Origin: the human T2T-CHM13v2.0 reference genome, Homo sapiens | Strand: one strand, 5' to 3' | NCBI RefSeq assembly: GCF_009914755.1 | Contig: NC_060931.1 | DNA: 64,000 nucleotides | Part shown: positions 39,513 through 55,954 of the stretch, piece after piece | Position numbering within the stretch: position 1 is the stretch's first letter | Layout: the number at the start of each line of letters is the position of its first letter | Made by a program: the position numbers and the translations under genes | Notes under the pieces: generated by a model | Told to the model about the DNA's origin: nothing | Database searches by the model: none | The model's input: the letters and a program-made list of their open reading frames with translations, nothing else

Positions 39513-40160
39513 GTGTATTACAGGGATAGATCATGGCCAATTGCATGGAGATTGTCCATAAGAGCTGGCCAATTTTATGATTATTGGAAGACTTGCATCA
39601 GGATAAATAGCTGCTTTTTTTCCCTTTTAGAACATGATTCTTCTTGGATAATACGTTCACATTAATTTTCTATGAAGTGCCACTCTTTCTGAAATTCTTT
39701 TGTGATTCTATATACACCAACAGCATTCTCTGTTTTCGCATCTTCTGTGCCATGTTTCTATGTTGTTTGAGGTATACAGAAATCCGTTCCACATGCACTC
39801 ATATACAGACCACAAATTTAGTGGAGACAGTATCACTGAACAGCAACACCATTGCATAAGTGTCTTCGTTGTTGTTGTTGTAGACAGGGGATCTCACTAT
39901 GTTGCCCAGACTGGTCTCAAACTCTTGACCTCAGGTGATCCTCCTACCTTGGTCTCCCAAAGCAATGGAATTACATGAGCCACCATGCCTGGTCACATAA
40001 GTGTCTTTTTATCCTTCCATACACATAATTATTTTTGAACCAGTGAGAAACTTATCTGGCTTCTTCAGGCAAATGAAGCTTTAATTAAGAAAAAAAAAAA
40101 AAACAACTCCTGGAATGTCATCAGCCAGAAGGAATACCAATGCAGGAAAATGATGTGGTT
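39513..40160 (-). mobile_element. Mutator-like (MULE-MuDR, Ricksha-type) transposase fossil, interrupted by an Alu monomer
   Basis: The minus strand shows degenerate remnants of MULE C-terminal motifs: LxFLxADDIPG, HLPEEA, WFKNNY, NLWSVYECM, xQNNIExWHRR, VGVYRIxKEFQKE. Confidence 0.7.
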
Positions 40161-40501
40161 TTGTTGTTGTTGTTTGGTTTTTTGTTGTTATTGTTTGTTT
40201 TTTTCTTGAGATGGAGTCTCACTCTGTTGCCCAGGCTGGAGTGCAGTGACATGATCTTGACTCACTGCAATCTCCGCCTCCCAGTTTCAAGCGATTCTCC
40301 TGCCTCAGCTGGGATTATAGACATGTACCACCACAACTGGCTAATTTTTGTGTTTTTAGTAGAGACAGGGTTTCACCATGTTGACCAGGCTGATCTTGAA
40401 CTCCTGATGTCAGGTTATCTGCCCACCTCGGCCTCCCACAGTGCTGGCATCACAGATGTAAGCCACCATGCCTGGCCTTTTTTTTTTTTTTTTTTTTTTG
40501 A

Positions 40502-40609
<108 letters not shown>

Positions 40610-41625
40610 TAGCTGGTACTACAGGCACACACCACCACTCCTGGCTAATTTTTGTATTTTTAATAGAGATGGGGTTTTGCCATGTTGGCTAGGCTGGTCT
40701 CCAACTCCTGACCTCAATTGATCTGCCTACCTCGGCCTCCCAAAGTGCTGGGATTACAGGTGTGAGCCACAGCACCTGGCCCTCTTTTTATATTTTTATA
40801 TTTTCTATATTTTTTATATTTTTATATTTCTTAAAAAGGTGTTCAGTTAGACAATAATTTTAGCTATGCCAAGGCTGGAGTGCAGAGGCACGATCACAGC
40901 TCGTTCCAGCTTTGAATTCCTGGGCTCAAGCAATCCTCCTGCCTCAGCCACCCCAAGTGCTGGGATTATAAGCATGAACCCTTTTATTTAATTCCTTTAG
41001 GGTAAAAGAAAAGAAAGAAATTGTCCAGCCATAATCAGTGACCTTAGAGTCAGCAAGCAAGTAGTCTAAAAATGTTAAGATATAATTTTGTGCTGAAACC
41101 AATTGAGTCAGGTTTCTCTCACTTGCAATTGAAAGAGTTTTGACTGATTCAAATATTTGCCTTGTTAGATATACAACAACAGTGATTTATTTTCTCACCA
41201 AGAAGACCCAGGGATCAATATTTCCACTTAAGCAACTATGCATCAAGGCTCTTTTGAAAATAGCAATGGACCAAAATCCAAATCACGCTGTTTTAAGGAA
41301 AAAAAAAAGGAATTTATTGGCTCACATATGTGAAATGTCCACGGGTGAAGCTTCAGGAATGACTGTATCTAGGTGCTGAAATTATACAGTCAGCACTTTC
41401 TCCCTCTCTCAGCCTCACCTTCCTTTGTATTGATTTATTCTCATGTAGGTTCTCTCATTGTGGTGGCAAAGATGGACACTAGAAGGCATAGATGGCCACC
41501 AATTTAGCAGCCTCCACTGAAAGAAATCTTATTTCCAAAAAACTTAAACTATGCTCATTGACTCAGCAAACATCACGTAGCTCTGAAGGAAAAAAATCAC
41601 TGTGGTCAGAGAGATGCGGTGCTCT

Positions 41626-42351
41626 TCATAGCAGCAGTAGGCAGACAAATGCCTAGGCAGATAGGGGCAGGTCCCTGGAGAAACCCCACCTACAAGCTGA
41701 AGACAGTGTAAAACCTGAAAGCCAAGCTATAAGTCAAATCTACGGATGAGATTGAGAATCTGTCTTCCCATTTGACATGCTTTCCTCTGATTGATTCTCC
41801 ACCCTTCACCTATTTTACATATACCTACCCTTTCCTAATTGGTTTTCTACACTGCCATACCCACCTTTGAGGGGTGCTTTTGCTTTAGCCTTTCTTTGCG
41901 TACTCACAAACCAATCAGCATGCACTTCCCTATTCTGAGCTCATAAAAGCCCCAGACTCAGCCACACTGAGAGAGAAACCAACCGACGGGGGAGGGGGGT
42001 GAGCAGGAGGCCACCTCTGCATCCCCTCTCCGCTGAGAGCTATTCCATTGCTCAATAAAGTTCTTCTCCACCCTCCTCACCCTTCAATTGTCAGTGTATC
42101 CTTATTCTTCTTGGACATGGGACAGGAACTTAGGAACCACTGAATGTGTGTACATGCTGTAACACAGGAGAGCTGAGGCACACCTGGCCCAGCCACGGAC
42201 TGAGCCAATGCACAAGCCAGACTTGGCTCAGGCAGACTGAGTAGGCAGGGCACCTCCTGCAGCAGGTAGCATGCCTGAGCAAGGCCCAGGTGGCAGTGGT
42301 ACCAGCTGGAGGTCCCTGGCTGGCAAAATGACTGAGAAAAATCCTGCGTCA
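41626..42351 (+). mobile_element. MER50-like ERV1 solo LTR (726 bp) inserted in an MLT1 element (about 41230-42480)
   Basis: gacaaatgcctaggcagatagggg...AATAAA...gaaaaatcctgcgtca. 4-bp TSD ctct on both sides. Confidence 0.75.
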
Positions 42352-42610
42352 CTCTGGCCAAGCCTAGGTTACATGCCTGCCATAATTACCAGGGGTGGAA
42401 TCAGCTTTACCCCTGTCATGTAGACTGACAGTGGGGAAGGGGTAGTTCTGGAAACCAAAATCAATGTGCTATGACTTAAACAGAGAGAGACAGAGACAGA
42501 GACAGAGAGATAGAGAGAGAAAGACGGGGGATGCTGGGATGCTGGGTAGGAAATGTGCAGTTCAATAATCTGACAGGATCTGCATTCTAGTCATCTCTTC
42601 TTGATAATTA

Positions 42611-43694
<1,084 letters not shown>

Positions 43695-44808
43695 TTTGTG
43701 TCTTAGAGCTGATAAAGCAGTGAAAATTCTTTTTGCCTTTATTTCCACCTGTTTATGTGAATCTAGGTTCATTACATATTTTGACACCAGACTGAGAAGT
43801 TTTTTTGATGGTGGGATGTGATGGCTCATGCCTGTGATCTCAGCAACTTTGGGAGGCTGAGGTGGGAGGACTGCTTGAGCCCATGAGGTCAAGGGTGCAG
43901 TTGGCCATGATCACCATCCAGCCTGGTGGCAGAGTGAAACTGTTTGAAAAAACAAAACAAAACAAAAAACAAAAAAAGAAAAAGAAATGTATTACTCACA
44001 TTTTGAAGCTTTTGGGGAGAGCAGGTCAGGTGCCTCAGCCAGTCCAAAAATGGCTTCGACAAAGCAAAAGCAAGTGGCCCTGGGATTACTGCAGTTAGGG
44101 GTGGAACCTGGGTGAGCATTCCTGCACAAGGGCCCAGGTTTTGTGTGGCTTGAAATTCCGCCTACAGTGCCAAGGGAAGGAGTGCATGGGGTTTCTATTG
44201 GCTTATTCACATGTGGGGCAGAGGGAACCGTGGAAGTGGAGCTTGAAAGTTTTCAGTGGTAGAACACCAAAAATGCAGTCAGGTTCTTCATTATATGGGG
44301 TCACCTCTCAAATCCAGCCCAGTTTTCTGATACCAAGAGATTCGATGCAATAATATCCCGTCCATTAACCAATGGATGGTTATGGAATTCTTTCCCTGGT
44401 GATTACAACTTTAAAGCATTTTTTTAACCCATCATCATTTAGTTTATGCCTGTTTCATCTGGAAGGTTGTGCAGGCACAGTCCATTTCCAGAGAGAGAGT
44501 AAAGTGATTGTTAGCCAACCATAAACACATATGGAGGCACCCTTCACATTGTACTGTGGCACCTAGCCTACGCAAGTGAGGAACACTTCTGTTTGTACTC
44601 TCTCGCTGTCGTATTCTCCTGTCCATGAGCCCCTCGGTTTGTTTTTTAGTTTGTTCTTCTGCCCGTCCTAAGATACCAGATTCATTCTTGAGGCCAGCCA
44701 GGCGGCCTTGGTGTTGACCCAATAGTGGTGGGGCAGCTGCACGTGATCCTTAGCCTGTGTTACTGGACAGGTGTCAAACCTTTAAAGTAAAAACAAAATC
44801 CTAAACCC

Positions 44809-44958
44809 TGGCTGGGCCTGGTGCCTCATGCCTATAATGCTAGCAATTTGAGAGGTTGAAGTGGAAGGATCTCTTGAGCCCAGGAGTTGGAGACCAGCCT
44901 AGGCAACATAGTGAGATCTTATCTCTACTAAAAATTTTTTTTAAAAAATTAGCTGGGT
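44809..44958 (+). mobile_element. Alu left arm and linker, truncated at the RPL7A fragment
   Basis: ggctgggcctggtgcctcatgcc...aaaaattagctgggt, then an abrupt switch to non-Alu sequence. Confidence 0.85.
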
Positions 44959-45251
44959 ATTAACTTTGAAATTTACTGCTTTTGGTCAAAATACACTCTT
45001 CAGCTAATGCTTTCTTCCAGCTGGTTGTCTTGTTGCCTGCCCTGTGCTGTAAAATGAGGGTCCCTTACTGCATTATCAAGGGGAAGGCAAGACTGGGACA
45101 TCTAGTCCACCGGAAGACCTGCACCACTGTCGCCTTCACACAGGTGAACTCAGAAGACAAAGGCACTTTGGCTAAGCTGGCGGCAGCTATCAGGACCAAT
45201 TACAATGACAGACATGATGAGATCCGCTATCACTGGGGCTGCAATGTCCTG
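44959..45251 (+). pseudogene. RPL7A (eL8) retro-pseudogene fragment, apparently semi-processed
   Basis: 45021-45251 encodes [77 protein letters not shown], matching RPL7A residues about 166-242. It is intronless across that span and preceded by an acceptor-like tract. Confidence 0.9.
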
Positions 45252-45555
45252 CCAGATGTTCAAGTTAAGAGATGTCAAGGGCGTTGTTTTTTGATATGTG
45301 GCAGAAGACAATCTGCATCTTAGAACAAAGCCCATATACAAACATGCAGAAACAAGAAATGGAGACAGAGCATGTCAGCAAACAGCCATATTGGTTCTAG
45401 TGATTCCTGAACTCCTCCTAGGAGGGGAAACCTGGCCACTTCTTTGAATTGGATACAACCCCTCAATTGAGTGAAAACCTCTGGTATTCCTCAAATGATT
45501 TTTTTTAATTCCCTATGTGAAATTTGGAGTTCTGTTACTTGGTATCAAAAAACTT

Positions 45556-45896
<341 letters not shown>

Positions 45897-45971
45897 TCAT
45901 GCATCTCTTTAAATGCTGTAACAATGTACTTCATTGTCTTAATTTTCTTTTCTTTTTTTGAGGAAAATTGA

Positions 45972-46211
<240 letters not shown>

Positions 46212-46214
46212 TAG

Positions 46215-46364
<150 letters not shown>

Positions 46365-46437
46365 TGATTACTAGTGAGGGTGAATATATTTATTTGTATT
46401 TCCTCTTTTCTGAAGTCTTCACCTGTGTATTCCGACT

Positions 46438-46950
46438 TCAGTTTTGTTGTACTGCTGCATAATATACCACCCCAGAGTTTAAAAACAACAATCTAATATG
46501 CTTACAAATTCTGTGGGTCAGGAATTTTGGCAGGATATAGCAGTCATGGCTTTGTCTGCTACATTATTTTTACTGCTCAAATGGCTGGGCTGACTTGAAC
46601 ATATGGCAGATGGCTAATCCAGGGGCTGCTTTACTCACATTTTTGCTGCCTATGCTGGGATGGCTGAGGTATGGGCTCAGGTGTGAATGTCAATCACAGA
46701 GTCTGCCTGTGACCTCCCCAGCATGGAGGACTCTAGGTAGTGGGACTTCTTACAGGGATCAGGACTTAAGGGGCAAGTGTTCCAGTGAACCAGGTGGAAA
46801 CAACATGGCCTTTTATAATCTAGCCCAGAAGTCACGGCCCACCAGTTAGACTGTATTCTATTGGTCAGCACAGCTGCGGGCCTATCCAGATTCAACAGGA
46901 TAATCATAAACTCCACTTCTAAATGGGAGGAGCCTCAAAGAATTTCAGGC
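46438..46950. mobile_element. MLT1-type MaLR LTR
   Basis: tactgctgcataa...ttctgtgggtcaggaatt...ctagcccagaagtcac motifs. Confidence 0.65.
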
Positions 46951-47007
46951 CAACACAGATGGGGTGTTCACTTATGCTTACACATTTGTTTTGTCATATA
47001 GTTGTAA

Positions 47008-48265
<1,258 letters not shown>

Positions 48266-48772
48266 TAGTGATTACACCTATGACCTTATACAGAGTTGTC
48301 ATGAAGATTGGACTTCTTGGCATCTAGTTCAAAAGATCAAGTTTCAAATCCCAAGTCTTTACCAATTAATATGTATTGTATGTTTAGCGTCTGAGCCTAG
48401 AAACTAATTCAGCACCAAGATATTTCCCCAAATTGCCGTAAGAGGTCAGTAGGCAAGATAAGTATCATCTGTTTTACAGTCAAGGGTGGAAGTAAGAAGT
48501 TACCTGACTTGCCTGAAGCCACGGAGACATAAGTGAAGCAAAGACTGGACCAAAGTATATGTGTAGTGAATGAACTGAATGTCTGAATTCATGCCAATAA
48601 AATGTATAACAATTTTTATTATCAATGATTATATACTTCAAAATCAAGGTATTGTTTGACAACACAAAGATGACATGCAAAAGTACTTTTTGGTGGTCAG
48701 TGCCATTAATAGACTTAATAGACTACAATCAGAAAGTTTTTTCTTTTTTTTTTTTTTTTTTTTTTGAGATAG

Positions 48773-48907
<135 letters not shown>

Positions 48908-50123
48908 TAGCTAATTTTTGTACTTTTAGTAGAGACGGGGTTTCACCAGGTTGCCCAGGCTGGTCTCAAACTCCTGAGATCAAGCAATCTGCCCCCCTTG
49001 GCCTCCCAAAGTGCTGGGATTACAGGGGTGAGTAATTTTTGTATTTTTTCGTAGAGGTGGGGTTTTGCCATGTTGCCCAGGCTGGTCTCAAACTCCTGGG
49101 CTCAAGTGATACTCCTGCCTCGGCCTTCTAAAGTGCCAGGATTACAGAAGTGAGCCACCAGGCCCTCTGTTTGTTTTCAAAATCAGAGGTAGATGTTGAA
49201 TTTTATCTCATGCCGTTTTGAGTCTATGGCCACATGATCTTAGAGCTTTTTTTCCCTTCTTCTGTCCTATAATTTTATTAATAGGTGTTCTATTTCTAGA
49301 ATAAGCTCTAAGATGAACAATGAACATTTTTCTTGTTATTCATGTAGTTTCTCATTCGATCCCTGAAACCTAAGATTATAGTAATCTTATAATGATTGTT
49401 TTATCTTCATCTTACAGAGAACACTGACATTTTGTTAATTTACAGAAGCTCACCTAGGTAGCCCATGTAATGGTATATTTTTCCTTTAACATACCGTTTT
49501 TTAAATTTTTTATTTATTTTTTTTTTTGAGGCGGAGTCTCACTCTGTCGCCTGGGCTGGAGTGCAGTGGTGCAATTTAGTGGCACAATCTCGGCTCATTG
49601 CAACCTTCGACTCCCAGGTTCCAGCAATTTTTCTGCCTCAGCCTCCCAAGTAGCTGGGACTACAGGCCGTGCCACCACACCCTGCTAATTTTTGTATTTT
49701 TAGTAGAGCCAGGGTTTCACCATGTTGGACAGGCTGGTCTTGAACTCCTGACTTCAGGTGATCCAACCACCTCGGCCTCCCAAAGTGCTAGGGTTACAGG
49801 TGTGAGCCACTGCGCCTGGCCTAATATGCGGTTGAATCCGATTTTATTACGTTTTATTCAGTATTTTTGCATTTATATTTATAAATTAGATCGTGCCCTG
49901 TTTTTTCAGTTTTATTTTTCTTTTTTGTTGCTCTCTTTGCCAGGTTTTGGTATCAGAATTGTGTTTGCTTCCAAAACGAGTTGAGAAAGAGTTGGTGATT
50001 TGCTTTCATTATTCCAAAATTTTAATAAATTATAACACCCAATTCCAATTCCAAGTGCATCTGATTACTCTAATGGATTCCTGTGGCTTCTGGGTCTCTA
50101 TGATGAAGTCCTCCCTGGCATAG

Positions 50124-50557
<434 letters not shown>

Positions 50558-50699
50558 TTCCTTTTCCTTTAAGCAGTATTAAAAAAAAAAAAAAAAAGTC
50601 CTGAAGGATGGTTTCGGTCTCTTTCAAGGTAGACCATACCCTTGTAACTAAGCTTAAAAAATTAAAATCTAATTTTCCCTCCCTCTCCAAAGCAGCAAG

Positions 50700-51720
50700 G
50701 GAAAATTGGATCCACGGCCACGTAGGAGCCCCTCACGGCACCAAACCCGGTGTCTCCAGGGACGGGCGGAGACCAGCGGGTGGGCTTGGGCAGTACGCGC
50801 TTTTCTCTTCCGACTTTGGGCCAAAGCCTTGTCCGGAGATCACAGTGTCTCGCTCGGGGACACGCCCTCTCTAGGCCCAGACTTGGTCCCCACTGGAGTT
50901 CCCAGCCCCCCTCCCCGCTGCGGCACGCACATTCCCAATGCCGGGCGGGGCAGGGCGCAGCAGGCCCGCCCTCGGCGCGCGGCCAGGCTGGGCTCCTCCC
51001 CTGGAGCTGCGGCCGGGAGGGCGGGCGGCCGGGGAGACGGGGTGGCGGCTGCAGCCCGGGTAGGGCCAGGAGACCCGGTCCACGTTTGCAAACGCAGCCG
51101 AACGCCCAGGCCGACCCGTGCCGCCCGAGCGCCGCGCTGCGTCCGCGCCACTCTTCTCGCCGCCCCGATGGCGTTCCGGGGCTGGAGGCCCCCGCCGCCA
51201 CCGCTGCTCCTGCTGCTGCTCTGGGTGACCGGGCAGGCAGCGCCCGTGGCGGGCCTGGGCTCCGACGCGGAGCTGCAGATCGAGCGGCGCTTCGTGCCCG
51301 ACGAGTGCCCGCGCACCGTGCGCAGCGGCGACTTCGTGCGCTACCACTACGTGGGGACGTTCCCCGACGGCCAGAAGTTCGACTCCAGGTACCGCGCCCT
51401 TGGCGCCCGGCGCGGCCTCAGCGGATGCGCGTCCCTCTCTCCGGACAGGCCTTTCCCTCCTGCCGGACCTCCCCTAGCTCCGCCCCGTGCAGCCGCGCTC
51501 CTCCCTTCTTCCGCTGCCCAGATCCTCCCGGACCCCAGACCCTCCGCCGCGGGTGAGCCTCCCGGCCCTCACGTGCCCTAGGCTGCCAGCCGGGGACTGG
51601 ACCCTTGGAGGACCTTGAGCAGCGGGGTTGGGGCAGACCACGTCCTCCCTTTCCTCCCAGCGCATGGACACACGCAAAATCAGTGTAAAATAATCAGTGT
51701 AAGTGGAGGCCACGTTGCAC
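50700..51720. promoter_or_regulatory. CpG island / promoter of FKBP9
   Basis: Dense CpG. CCAAT near 50935 next to GGGCGGGG, further GC boxes and several CCACG(T) motifs. Confidence 0.88.
51168..51388 (+). CDS. FKBP9: FKBP9 (ER peptidyl-prolyl isomerase, FKBP60/63) coding exon 1: signal peptide and start of the first FKBP domain
   Basis: [73 protein letters not shown](S), with the FKBP motif VRYHYxGTFxDGxxFDSS. 221 nt, donor CAG|GTACCG. I found no exon 2 in the window. Confidence 0.96.
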
Positions 51721-52717
51721 AACTGGACCCTCAAGAGTGGATGTTCGTGCCTGCCTCTCTTCTCCCTTTCCTGTTCCTTCCCTCCGCTCCCTTGGGAATC
51801 TAGTCAGATGGTGCTTCTCACACAGAACAATGATGAAGAGGCTAGCAGCCCCAAACATACAATGAGCTGTTAACAATGTGTAGGTGTAGTTCTAAGTACT
51901 TTCCATATTGTAGTGAACTCATTTAATTGTACAGCAGTCTTGTGAGGTAGGTACTATCACTACCCTCATTTTATCAGTAAGGTAACAAGCAACTGCGGCT
52001 AAGAAACGTGTTTAAACAATGGAGTCAGATTGTTTAATCCAACTCCAGAGTCTGTGTGCGCAACTACCACTGCCCTTCCTTTCCTGCCATACAAAAACCT
52101 CTCTTGGGGCTGGGCGTGGTGGCTCACGCCTGTAGTCCCAGCACTTTGAGAGAACGAGGCGGGAGGATCGCTTGAGCCCAGGAGTTTGGGGCTGCTGTGA
52201 GCTATGATCGTGCCATTGCACTGCAGCCTGGGAGACAGAGAGAGATCCCATCACAAAACAAAACACAACACGACACCTCTCGTGGGCAGGAGGTAGTCCA
52301 GGACCGTCACTCTGCTTTATACCAGGCCCTATATCAAGCCCAGAACTCCTTCTCTCAGCTCTGCCTCAGGATCACAGCACTGCTCTCCCGTTTCCCTCCA
52401 GTTTAGGTTCGGGGTTAACAGGCCTCTCTTCGTCCAGCACCAGGCTACTCCTCGCCAAGGCTTTTGTTACAAACCCTGGTCTGTGCCAGCACTTCCCTTC
52501 GCGAACACTAGATCAGGCAGAGAGAGCTATTTGTTGAGCCCCTGCTATGTGCCCCAAGGCCTAGGGTCATTACGAATATTTTGTAGACTCTTGACTTTTT
52601 TGAAGTTCCAGACAATGAATATACAAAAGCTGTTCAGCATAGTATGTGGCACTAGCAAGCGCTTAGAAATGGTCATTCTTACTACCATTTTAGTTACTTT
52701 AAAAAAAAAAAACAACA

Positions 52718-53040
52718 GGCCGGGCGCGGTGGCTCACGCCTGTAATCCCAGCACTTTGGGAGGCCGAGGCGGGCGGATCACGAGGTCAGGAGATCGAGAC
52801 CATCCTGGCTAACACGGTGAAACCCGGTCTCTACTAAAAATACAAAAAATTAGCCGGGCGAGGTGGCGGGCGCCTGTAATCCCAACTACGCGGGAGGTTG
52901 AGACAGGAGAATGGCGTGAACCTGGGAGGCGGAGCCTGCAGTGAGCCGAGACGTGCCACTGCACTCCAACCTGGGTGACAGGGAGACTCCGTCTCAAAAA
53001 ACAAAACAAAACAAAAAACAAAAAACGAAACAAAAAAAAC
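52718..53040 (+). mobile_element. AluY, CpG-rich, in FKBP9 intron 1
   Basis: Left arm nearly identical to the AluY consensus. Confidence 0.92.
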
Positions 53041-54140
<1,100 letters not shown>

Positions 54141-54929
54141 GCTTCTTTCATAGGGAAGAATTTCTTGCTTGAGTTGATGGTAATTAATTCCAGTAGAACA
54201 AGTTGTCCTACTATCTAGAACATCTCTAGGGCTGGCAGCCACTGTGAGGTAGTGTAGGGCAGTTGAAAGAGCATGGAGGATCTACCATCCATTCATCAAA
54301 CGTTTTTCAGCGTCTATCCCTCAAGAGAGAGACTAGTCCTAGTCTAGTATGCTTCTTCCCCATCCCTACCACTTACAGCCTAGGCTATTACAACATGGTG
54401 TGATAAGTACAGTAAGACAGTAGCACACACTCTGTCTCTCATAGAGTTCACACATAGTTCTTACCATGTGCCTTCACATATGTTAACTCATTTAATCTTA
54501 GAATAATTTGTTTAACTTCTCAAGACAGTGAGGTAGGTACCTCATTACAAATGAATAAACTGAGGCTCAGAAAGTTCAAATGATTTGCCCAAGGAACATA
54601 AGTACTAAGTGGTTGAGTGGAGATTTGAACCCAGGTAGTTCATGGCCATAATCTATGGTCTGTAGTCCACCCATGTATATGACAGAAGAAAGGTAAGTAG
54701 CTATGAAAGCACAGAGAAGGTTTAACTATATATTTTTGTGTCTGTGTGTGGGGGAGGTTAGGATGGAATCCTGGTATGGCAGGGATAAGACCCAAGGATG
54801 ACGAAAATTCACCTGGGAGGAGCTCAGGGGTGTGTCTGCAGACCCCAAGGTCCAGGCTTGTCTTTTGATAAATATTATTATGTGCCTACCACATACCTTT
54901 TTGGGTATACAGAGTTCTAGATGCTCTAG

Positions 54930-55088
54930 CACAGTAGTGTTTAAACTACATATACTTCTGAATCACGTAGAGAGCTTGTTATACAGTTTCCGATTCAGTA
55001 GCTCTGGGATAGGGCCTAGGAATTTGCTTTTCTGACAAGTTCCCAGCTGATGCTACTGGTCTGAGGACCACACTTTGAGAACCACTGC
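54930..55088. mobile_element. MER5A
   Basis: gattcagtag...ggaatttgc...caagttccca...gaccacactttgagaaccactg. Confidence 0.8.
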
Positions 55089-55158
55089 TCTAAAACAGGG
55101 GTACTGAAATGGGATATCAATTTACAAAAATAAATAAATAGTAAATAAATAAATAGAA

Positions 55159-55688
55159 CAGGGGTCCCTAACCCCTGAGCCATGGACCTGTTGTGGTCTG
55201 TGGCCTGTTAGGAACCGGGCTGCACAGCCGGAGGTGAGCAGCAGGTGAGCAAGCAAAGCTTCATCTGTATTTACAGTGTCTCCGCATTGCTCACATCACT
55301 GCTTGAGCTCGGACTCCTGTCAGATCAGCAGGGGCATTAGATTCTCACAGGCACATGAATCCTATTGTGTACTGCACATGGGAGGGATCTAGGTTATGTG
55401 CTCCTTATGAGAATCTAATGCGTGATGATCTGTCACTGTCTCCCATCACCCCTAGATGGGACCATCTAGTTGCAGGAAAACAAGCTCAGGGCTCCCACTG
55501 ATTCTACATTATGGTGAGTTGTGTAATTATTTCATTATATATTACGGTGTAATAATAATGGAAATAAAGTGCACAATAAATTTAATGTATCTGAATAATC
55601 CCAAAACCATCCCCCCACCCCGGTCATGGAAAAAGTGAATTCCTTTCATGAAACTGGTCCTTGGGGCCAAAAAGGTTGGGGACCACTG
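55159..55688 (+). mobile_element. MER1A (hAT-Charlie), full length, about 530 bp
   Basis: Termini caggggtccctaacc / ggttggggaccactg. 8-bp TSD ctctaaaa. Confidence 0.85.
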
Positions 55689-55702
55689 CTCTAAAAGAAT
55701 CA

Positions 55703-55954
<252 letters not shown>

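Noticed and set aside
43990-44800. Possible additional LTR/ERV or gene fragment
   Set aside because: It looks repeat-derived, but I could not assign a family or find a credible coding motif, so I left it uncalled.
50662-51734. 291-aa ORF 50706..51581 and overlapping ORFs as complete proteins
   Set aside because: Only 51168-51388 is FKBP9 exon 1. The upstream part starts at a non-ATG codon and the downstream part reads through the splice donor. The other frames are CpG-island artefacts.
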